DNA of 64,000 nt from Octopus vulgaris. Its lineage: Eukaryota. A model generated the notes under the pieces. The model was not told where the DNA came from and made no database searches. It saw only the letters and a list, made by a program, of their open reading frames with translations. Positions 1 through 10,900 of the stretch are shown in pieces. How positions within the stretch are numbered: the stretch's first letter is position 1; each line of letters opens with the position of its first letter. Both the position numbers and the translations under genes were made by a program. The stretch spans positions 20,088,001 through 20,152,000 of the forward strand of contig OX597814.1 of NCBI GenBank assembly GCA_951406725.2. The letters run 5' to 3'.

Positions 1-565
1 TGACAGAGAAATACACAAGTGTATTATTATAGCAGAAAATATGGATGGTAAATCAAATTAATACACTTGGCAATGTTCACATACTTCTCTTGTTCATATA
101 CACACATATACTCACAGAGTTGAAATGCTGTTTGATTTTTCTTTTCAGCATTGACCATTCACTATCCCACTTCCATTGTGCACACACACAAACATTCATA
201 TACCTCCCTTTTACACATATACTCACACAGAGTTGAAACACTGCATTTTTTTTTCACCCCTTCCTTTCTCATTCATATGTTGTGGCAGAGAAAAACAAGA
301 TACACAACACACTCTTTGCCACTTTCTCTCTCTCGTTGCTATTACTTTCTCTCACTCCCTTCTTAGTCAGGGCTATTACTCTCACTACTTCTCCTTCACT
401 GAATTACTATTTTCTCTCCTCTCCCTTCACTTATACTATGCTCCTTCCTGTTCCTTCCTGTGTGATTTTGGACAAATATATATAAAATCACTCATTATAT
501 TTGGAGATTTTGAAATAGATTGTTATTGAATGCTACGAAAATATGGAAATGTTTTCAACAAAAGT

Positions 566-632
566 TAAAAATGTAACTTTATTTTCTACCTTAATTATAA
601 AAAATGTAACTTAATTTTCTACCTTAATTATA
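566..632. repeat. Local tandem duplication (~33 bp x2)
   Basis: aaaaatgtaactt(t/a)attttctaccttaattata occurs twice. Confidence 0.8.
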
Positions 633-716
633 TTGAGTCTGTTTATACTTTCGCTGCCTGTATTTTGTAATATATTTTCAACTATTTTGTAATATATATA
701 TTTGTTTTCAATTTAG

Positions 717-749
717 GATTCCAGCCAGCCAAAAATTTCATTTTTTATG
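717..749 (+). CDS. DNA2: DNA2 exon 1 in window ([11 protein letters not shown])
   Basis: tttag| acceptor and |gtaagg donor; 33 nt, open, phase 0, in frame with the next exon. Could instead be 5'UTR ending in the start ATG at 747-749. Confidence 0.6.
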
Positions 750-3700
750 GTAAGGCACAGCATTTCATATGTATTCAATTTCAAGTTTTGCACTTTGATT
801 ATTGTATCATCATCAGAATATTGAGGTCATGTGTGGCGTGGTGCAGAGTCCTGTTGCCACACATAGGGTCTTCCAGCAGCCACCCTGTTGAGTTTGAGGC
901 CATGTGGGAAGATGAATAACATCGCCATCACTAATGATCACTCCAAACACCATGATGTTGACTGGATGTTTGATTTTTATCATTCTCAATACATGTTTTG
1001 GGGACATGGCAAGTCAACAGTTGTTCTGTGTGTTCACCATCTGTTTGTATTGGAGCTTCTGGCGCGAATGCCAAGCAGTACAGCAATGTTCTTTATAAAT
1101 TTCTGGCAGAGTGAATTGCTTTACGGTACTAGTTTTCTCACAGACAGTGCCCAACTGACCCCCACCATACTGTGTAGTTGACAAAATCAAAAATAAACAA
1201 TGTGCGAAATTAAAATTATAAAATGCCAACAATTTACCCATTGCATCCTGTATACATGCGCACACACACACACACACATAACTTCATTCCATATATCTTT
1301 ATATTGTATTGTAATGTTCTATTTTTGATCATATAAGAAATAAAAGAAATTATCTTTATTTTGTTTTCAGAATAATTCAAATAAAAGCATGTTTTCTGTT
1401 GTTGGAAAACCAAATTTCAAAAACCGATTACGGCTGTCAAAAAAGGCCTCAACTGTTTATGTGGCGGAACAACCAGAAAATTTTAGAAATAGTCAATTTA
1501 AAGCATGCAGCCAAACAGAAATTTCTAAAAGTCCTAAAAAGCCTCCTGTTTCATGTCAGACCTCCACTGATCTATTGCTGTTTAAAATGTATGGTGGTCA
1601 AAAACAGAAAATCACAGACACTAATGAATCAAATACAATTCCTGATATACAACTTGAAGGATCTTGTTCTAAAAGATCTCCTGTTTCTGATTTAACTAAT
1701 TTTGGTCCATATCCTCTCCCAACTACTTCAGGCATATTGAAATCAGTAAAAGAGGAAACTGTTCATCTTCACAAATCAGATGAAATTTCTGAAGTCTCTC
1801 ATCATCAGACCTGTACAAAGAATGACGGTGCTTCTGATCATTTAACTACTTTTAGTATATGCCCTCTGCAAAGTTGTTCCAATCTGTCAGAATCTATGAA
1901 TGCAGAAACTGTTAATCTTGATGATTCCAACATTATTCTTGAAACACCAGTTAAAAAAACTTGTATCAAAAAAGCAAATGCATTTGATGGCAATGGAAAA
2001 TTTGTTCAAAACTCTCCTCAACATAATACAGACATTCCAGGAAGCGAAGAAAAGTCTGAAATGGAAATATTTTCTTGCTCTGTTTCTCCTAACCATAACA
2101 TTTCTAATTTTCCTGAAAAATCTACTTCTCCAATATTTTCAAAGCAGCCTGACACTAGTCATTGTTTTGAGTCAGATACTCTTGGGAGAATACAAAAAAA
2201 ATCTTTTGCACGCAGTTTTCTTTCTTCCTCTTCCAATTTAGAAAGTACAGTGGAAAGCCGAATAAATAAAAAAGCAGATTGTAAAAGTAAACTAAAGTCT
2301 AAGATTTTAAAGAAATCTATGAAGAAGGCTGAATCGCTTCAGAAAAAAGACAGTATTGTAGAATATACTGCAATGAAATTAGCAGAACCAATTAATAAGC
2401 CTTTGACCCCTGTAAAAAATTACACTGGTTTGTCCGGAACATCTGTTAAACGGTTAGCAGTTTCAGGTTGTTCACCATTATCAAAACGCTCCCTCAGCAG
2501 TGAATTTAATAAAACTGAACTATCACTTAATACTGGATGTAGCATTGAGTTATCTAACTTATTTCTTGATAATGGTGATGATAATGAAAATACGCAAGAA
2601 AATCACAGTTTTAGTGAAGCCTATTCAGATGAGCAGTTAGCTATGTGGGAAAATTTAAACCCTGACCCAAATGATGTTTGGGAGCAAAATGATTCTTTAA
2701 AAAGCCCAATACAAAATTTTCCAAAGAATTTGAAGCATTCGAGTGCTTGTAATGAACTTAAAAAGTCTAATGTTAAAAATAATTTAAGTGTTTCTACTTT
2801 GAGAAAAAACGATGGTAGTAATACTAAAAATAAAGTGTTTGATTGGTTGGGAGCAAAAACAAATATGGTCCCTAAAAAATTAAATAATACAAATGATACA
2901 TTTCTGTCTGAAATTCTTGCAGAAATTCCTGTTGCTAAAAGCCAAAACTTATCTAAAGGAAAACAAATTATGACTGAAGTAAAGAATAATACGGAAAAAA
3001 TTCCAAAAAGTGAACCTTGTATTGAAAATGGATCTGTTATTAATGATAATGAAATATTATCTGAAATTCTTAAAGAAATAAATTCCAGTGATAAGGGATT
3101 ATCAAACAACCTCATTAACCCTAACCATATTCAAAGTAATATATTTCCAGACATGAAAGGTAATCATTCCAATGATGTAAATATGCAAACATCCACTGGT
3201 ATTAGTCTGAATGATACTAGTAAAAATGATAATGCAAATTTAGTGGATGTTAATTTGAAACACATTCAAGACAAACCTAACTCGTCTACCTCATTCTCTC
3301 CAGTTCCCAAGATAAAACATATTTCTTGTGTGAGCAATAGCAATATTTCATCTGAACCACAAAGCAAACTTGATGAAGAAAATATCGAACTTTCTCAGTG
3401 GAATTCATCATTTGACTTTGATGATGAATTCTGTGATGATATAAAAAATCTTTCTCCTTTCAAATCTAAAGCAAAAACGTATGTTAACTTTTCTTTTACA
3501 TCAGCTTTTTTCCTTTCTATTTTGAATTTTGATTACTGTTCTATTTATTAATCATGATTTATTGTTTTCAGTTCCAAAGATAATCCACTGACTTGTTCTC
3601 CTGTGTGTTCATTATATAATCGTTACCAAATCAATGATGTCAAATATCAAGGGTAAGTAATCAAGAATTTGGAGAGTTAATATTTCTAAATATATCAAGG

Positions 3701-4900
3701 CAGGATCATTAGCATTCCTGGCAGAATTCTTAGTGGCATTTTGTCTGACTTTATGTTCTGAGATCAAGGTTCACCAAGGTTGACTTTCCCCACCCCCCAA
3801 ATTGCTGGCTTTGTGCCAAAATTTGAAGCTAGTATTTCTAAATATATCTGATAAATCATCGTCATTGTTATCATCACTACTGACATCATCATCATAATTT
3901 TTATGTCTACTTTTAACCATGATAAACTTTGTAATATAGTAATTTTCTCATGAAACTTGGTTATCTGTGAGGTCCAATATTTATTCCAGCTTTTTCTCAA
4001 GCCTTTGATCTCTCTGTTAAAATCATTTTACCGGCATTACAAGAGTTGTACATTCCTTAGCCATCATTTTTATTCATGCCCTTGTTCCTCAGCTATACAT
4101 TGGTCAATACTTCCATTACTTAATTATTCTTATCTTCTAGTATACTTAATATAGTCTCAAAAATTGTTGGATCTCATAAATGTAGAGGTGCAAGTGGCTT
4201 TGAGATTCATGGAAAAATGACATTTTGTTAACCTGTCCATCCTATAACATTAATTTGTATTGCTGTTTATCATCATCATCATCTCCTTAATATTCTTCTA
4301 AGATTATTGAATGCTTTCTCATTGTGTATTTTCTTTGAAACCAACTTTCTTCTGCCCATTTGATAATATTTTGAAATGTTAACACCTAGATATTTATTTG
4401 TTTCTTTCAGACAAGATATTGAGTTGGTTTTGACCAACCAAGACCACACAATTTCATGTGTGCTACATGGTTTTTGGTATGTAATTTCTAAGTTGTTTAG
4501 CTATATATATATATATTCTTTTACTTGTTTCAGTCATTTGACTGTGGCCATGCTGGGGCTCCACCTTTAGTCAAGTAAATCGGCCCCAGGTCTTATTCTT
4601 TATAAGCGTAGTACTTATTCTATTGGTCTCTTGCCGAACCGTAAACACACAAGCATTAGTTGTCAAGCGATGTTGGGGAAACAAACATACATACATACAT
4701 TCATCATCATCATCATCATTTAGCGTCCGTTTTCCATGCTAGCATGGGTTGGACGGTTCAACTGGGGTCTGTGAAGCCGGAAGGCTTCATCAGGCCCAGT
4801 CAGATCTGGCAGTGTTTCTACGGCTGGATGCCCTTCCTAACGCCAACCACTCCGTGAGTGTAGTGGGTGCTTTTTACATGCCACCCGCACGTAATGTATG

Positions 4901-4954
<54 letters not shown>

Positions 4955-7900
4955 ATAAGCTTCTTTCAGTTTCCGTCTACCATATCCATTCACAAGGCTT
5001 TGGTCAGCCCAAGGCTATAGTAGAAGACACTTACCCGAGGTGTCACGTAGTGGGACTGAGCCCAGAACCATGTAGTTGGTAAGTAAGCTACTTACCACAC
5101 AGCCTCTCCTGTGCCTGTATATATATAATCATTGTTTTAATGTCTGCCTTTCTATGCTTGAATTGGTCAGAGAGTATTTGTTGAGGATTTTATAGAGTTG
5201 CATGCCCTTCTTGTTGCCAACTCCCACATGTTTCCATGTTTTATCATGAGCAGATGTTTTCACAGATTAGAAATGAAAGTTACTACTTGCCTGATGGTGA
5301 TACTCATTTTACAACTATCACATGAAGTCAAGGCAAGGAGACAGTAACAATGCACACACACTTTTAGTGTCCACTTTTCCATGATTGTATGGGTCATACA
5401 TTTATTGAGACAGATTTTTTATAGACAAATGCCCTTCCTGTTGTCAACCCTTACCTGTTTCCAAACAATGTAATATTTCTTCATGCCCAGACATGTTTTT
5501 GAAGAATATTGGTAATGACTGACACTGATTTACCACTATAAGGTGATGTCAAAACAAGAAGATACAAGTAAACACACACACACAATCATCATTATACATC
5601 TATTTTCCATGCTGGCATGGGTAGGACATATATATGTATCACATGATGATGTTGATGATGATTAGATAATATATTTATAGCTGTAATTGTTGCATACGGT
5701 AATATGTGTCTCATTTGTTGATGCTGACATGATTGGGCTTAACACATTTCAATCATTTCAATCGATTTCAATCATTATTTGATTTCTCATTTAATATGTA
5801 GTGATGTCATGTTCCAGTGTGCGCACACGCAACGTCATTCTTCGGTGTGCGTGTGCGGAGCGTCCTTCTTCAGTGTGCGTGTGCGGGGTTGGGACCTTCT
5901 GGAAAGGCATAAGGAAGTTCCCTCATGCACATGCACTAGAGACTGAAGAAGAAATTCTATAGCGTTCCTTAATAGCGTCGGGGACTTGAGACACGGCGAT
6001 AGAAGAGAAAGGACGTATTTTCATACGTGTGATCAGCCTATTCTCCTGTCCCAGACGCTTAGGATTTAACCTGTTCTATTAATGCTGAATTGTTGTGAGA
6101 AGCTTACAAACGTTAGAATTCAGCCTTGCTGTGTTGAACTAGATGGATACCAGTATACCATCGTGTTTCATTGTTGAATAAGAGAATAAAGAATTGTATA
6201 TATTCTTAAACTTGCGTTTCGTTCCTGACTGGTAGTTTCTAGAAACAAAAAGAAAGGAAATTGTGTTGCACCCAAGTTGCACCCCAAAAGTGTAAAGAAG
6301 CAACCAGTTCCCTTTACAAATAAAACAGTATCAAAAAGTCTCAAACTTGAGCATACTTTCACAGATAATTTGAGAATAGGAATGGCTGTGTAGTAAGTAG
6401 CTTGCTTACCAACCACATGGTTCCGAGTTCAGTCCCACTGCGTGGCACCTTGAGCAAGTGTCTTCTACTATAGCCTCAGGCCGATCAAAACCTTGTGAGT
6501 GGATTTGGTAGGCAGAAACTGAAAGAAGCCCGTCATATATATGTATATATATATATATGTAAATGTATATATATATGTGTATATATGTATATATATGTAA
6601 ATGTATATATATATGTGTATATATGTATATATATATATGTATATATGTATATATATATATATGTATATATCATCATATATATATACGTATGTGTATATGT
6701 CTGTGTTTGTCCCCCCACAACATCGCTTGACAACCGATGCTGGTGTGTTTGCGTGCCTGTAACTTAGTGGTTTGGCAAAAAGAAACCGACAGAATAAGTA
6801 CCAGGCTTACAAAGAATAAGTCCTGGGGTCGATTTGCTCGACTAAAGGCGGTGCTCCAGCATGGCCACAATCAAATGACTGAAACAAGTAAAAGAGTGAA
6901 GTTTGTAATATATTAATTCTTATTAAATATTTATTATTGATCAAAATTTCTATTAAATATCGACAATTAAACAAAACTTTGGCTAATAATATCTACAATT
7001 GTCTGGATTATAAATTCAATCTTTGTTTCAAATAATCACCTTCACAGTAAATTATTAATATTTTTAAAACTACAATATCAGTGTCTAATTTACTATTTCT
7101 AATGGTATTGTATTTCACCAGGTGTTATAGCTATGTTGCTGTAGGTGATATTGTCCATGTTCTTGATGCCAGCACTGATTCAGCTGGTGTTTATCACATA
7201 ACTGATGAAACAGGGTTACTTGTCATTAATCCTGACTTTTTGGTCTCTAGCACAACCGTCGTGTCGTCTTTGTTTTGTATGAGAAAGTAAGTATCAATTA
7301 TCTTGACTGTTTTTGTTATTTGATAGAACCCATTATGGCTTATTCTTTTTAGCATTTCCATCATCATCATCATCATCATCATTTAACGTCCGCTTTCCAT
7401 GCTAGCATGGGTTGGACGGTTCAATTGGGGTCTGGGGAGCCCGAAGGCTGCACCAGGCCAGTCAGATCTGGCAGTGTTTCTACAGCTGGATGCCCTTCCT
7501 AACGCCAACCACTCCGAGAGTGTAGTGGGTGATTTTATGTGCCACCGACACAGGTGCCAGACGAGGCTGGCGAACGGCCACGCTCGGATGGTGTTTTTTA
7601 TGTGCCACCGACACAGGTGCCAGACGAGGCTGGCAGACGGCCACGCTCGGATGGTGTTTTTATGTGCCACCGACACAGGTGCCAGATGAGGCTGGCGAAC
7701 GGCCACGATCGGATGGTGTTTGTTACGTGCCCACAGCACGGAGGCCAGTCGATGCGGTACTGGCTACGGCCACGTTCGGATGGTTTTCTTGTGTGCCACC
7801 GGCACTGGTACCACAAAGATACAAATTCCATTGATGTTCATCTATTTTGATTTGATTTCCATACTTCATATTTTAATTAACTATCTACATCAGGCATGGC

Positions 7901-10900
7901 CAAACTAACTTGCAGTGCAAATAGCTCTCACATGTAATATACAATCTGAAAAAATATGTTAGCAAGATACCTTTTCTGTTTCAGTAATAGCAAATTTTAA
8001 AGAATAGCCTATCATGAAACATATTGTTTATACATATTGTGTCGTCATCATCATCATCATCGTTTAACATCCGCTTTCCATGCTAGCATGGGTTGGACAA
8101 TTTGACTGAGGATTGGCGAACCAAATGGCTGCACCAGGCTCCAATCTTGATCTGGCAGAGTTTCTACAGCTGAATGCCCTTCCTAATGCCAACCACTCTG
8201 AGAGTGTAGTGGGTGCTTTTACATGCCACGAGGGCCAGTCAGGTGGTACTGGCAACAGCCACAAAAAAATCGTGTTTTTTTACGTGTCACCTGCACACTG
8301 GCACAAGTGCCAGTAAGGCGACGCTGGTAACGATCACCCTTGAATGGTTCCTTTTACGTGCCACTGGCACGAATGCCAGTTGGCTGCTCTGGCAACGATC
8401 ACACTTGGATGGTGCGCTTAGTGCTCCACTAGCATGGATGCCAGTCATCGAATTTGATTTCAATTTCACTTGCCTCAACAGGTCTTCGCAAGCAGTGTCC
8501 AATGAAGGGAAGGCACGCATCATATTTATATAGATTTAAATAGATTTAAAGCCTTAGAATGACATATGATGTAGTTTAGGTTGGTTTTTCAGGAAAGGTA
8601 AGTTATATAGTTAATCATTTGTTCATTATTATAATTCTATGTGCTCAGTACAAATAATTTTTTTAGAGCTTATGCGGTGATACCTCTGTCAGGATATCAA
8701 AATGAAAACTTCGCCTTCGGTCCAGTGCATCCATGCTGCCAACGAAGCACGCGGAGTTCTGTTCTTGATTCGACGGTCATTCGGAATGCTCACAGCAGCC
8801 ATATTCCTACCGCTCTATGTCACGCTAGTGAGACCCATATTGGAGTGCGGGATTCAAGCCTCTTCTCCTTATCTCCTCAAAGACATACAGCATCTCAAAG
8901 AGTCCAGAAGCTGGCTACCCGCATGGTTCTTGGTCTCAAGAATTTGTCTTATGAAGAAAGGCTCAAGACGCTCGACCTTTATTCTCTAGAAAAACGACGA
9001 CGCCGTGGTGATCTCATTCTTGCTCACAACATCATAAGCAGAAAGTGTAACCTCTCGAAAGAGCTGTTCTTCACTCCTGCTCCAGAGCGTTAGCTGCGGG
9101 GTTATTCCGAAAAGCTCTATCTGCGACGATTTCATCTCAATCGAAGGAGAGGGGCTTTCTCTGTCCGGGTTGCGGATCCGTGGAATAAGCTGCCGGACGA
9201 GATGGTGAAGATGCCGACAACCGCTCGGTTCAAAGTCTCCCTTGACCACAAGTGGCCTGAACTCTTTACATGAACACCACCCTGTACATAACTCCATGTC
9301 CCCCTACATGGCCTTGCTTTTTGCTTTTTGAGCCAAAAAATTAACTAAATAACTAAGTTGTGCTACCTGTACAGAAATAGGCAGCAGTGAAATGAAGTCC
9401 ATGAATTAGTCAAATGATTTCTTAGTTATAGAAGATAGTTTATATTATATAAATGATTAGTTACTGCTATACTTTATGAAGCATTTGGATAAAGAGTGTG
9501 ATGCTGCATGATGAGATGTGAGCATTTAATGTGGAAGGTGTGTTGAGGCTTTGGGGAAATGAAATTGCTATGAGCCATTGGAAATGTAACATTGGCTTGC
9601 ATGAAAAATTAAGAATGTATTAGCAATAAAGGTATCGGTTAACGTGTGCAGGAGCAGTAAACACTGTTATGAATGTATAATACTAAACCTACAGAAGACA
9701 CCTACTGTGTGTAAAAAATGCTGTGGAAAGTACTTGTAGCATAGCAGATCAACTGATACTTCAGAAGAAGCAATGAGAGAAAGGCACAATTAATGTGGTC
9801 TTAAATATACTATATTTGAAAAGAATGAGCTGGTTATATACCTTTAGATGTATGTGTATTCAATCAGAGTTGCCTAAACATCAACTGATAAAAATATTCT
9901 TAATTTCATTACCTATATGAGAATACAATGACCAAAATATCAATAGAATAACTGCTCAGTTTGGAGGAATTCTAGATTTTGAATTCAAAATATACTGATT
10001 GTTGTATTTTGCTCTTATTTCTATGCACTAAAATGATTTTTTTCCTCTTTATAGTTATGTTATTTAAAAAATCTTTTTCATTTCTGTTTCAGAGCAGTTT
10101 TGAATGAGAGGTTCAGGGTTAGTATTTTATTTACTATATTTCTTTTATCCTTTAAATGATTTATGCATGCGTGTACAGATACACGTGTGTGTGTATGAAT
10201 GAATAATAGGAAATTAAAATGCTGGATCAGTAAGCCACATGATTTATTATATAGTTGTGTCTCATATGTAGAGAGATTTTTAAAAAAATGCTTTCATTAA
10301 CTATGCAATTAGTAAAAAAAAAATTCCTGTGAAAGTGCTCAAAGGCTACAAAAATAAAGCAAGGAATATAACTCTAATGAAATCAGTTAATTGAAATTTT
10401 TGCAAAATATAGAAAATAGAGTAATGGGAGGATGGCATGATCAGAAATTCAAATTTTCAATTCACTAAAGAACACCTGAATAAGATATATGACTCTATCT
10501 GATAAAAAACAAGTTTTATTTTTATTTCACTGTCAGCTGTGATAGAAAGTTACATGTATAAGTATTTTGTATTATGTTAAATTAGGAGTAATTTTGTGAC
10601 AAGCAAGTTAAATTGTGAATGAATAAACTATGATATTAAACATTATAAACATTAATTTGCACATGCTATACACACACACTCACATGTATTGAGAAATATA
10701 TAATTGGACGTATATGAGTATGTGACCTCTTACTATAGTAGTTTTAATGGAATAACTTTAAAATGAGAGTTTGTTTTAGAGTGACTTTGGTGAAAAATTA
10801 GTTTTATTTTGATAAATATATTTTATATTTATTTGCAGGGAATTGACAAAGGAAACTTGCATATGTTATATGGGAGTATTGTACATTGTCTTTTACAAGA

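Noticed and set aside
2621-3115. 164-aa ORF antisense to the large DNA2 exon
   Set aside because: Shadow ORF of the coding strand with no recognisable motif.
6495-6767. ORFs rich in Y/I/V/C
   Set aside because: Translations of TA/TG microsatellites (also at 4867, 11402 and 48629).
7530-7810. Regular direct repeats resembling a CRISPR array
   Set aside because: Head-to-tail units with no unique spacers, eukaryotic intron context, no cas genes.
7383-7908. Cluster of overlapping ORFs with repeated peptides ([19 protein letters not shown])
   Set aside because: Translations of the 61-bp tandem repeat and (CAT)n tail of a SINE-like element; the same peptides recur at every copy.
8654-8700. GC-richer patch upstream of the CR1 fragment, considered as a small RNA or a LINE 5' inversion
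   Set aside because: Too short, and I recognise no snRNA/snoRNA motif; cannot be supported without a search.
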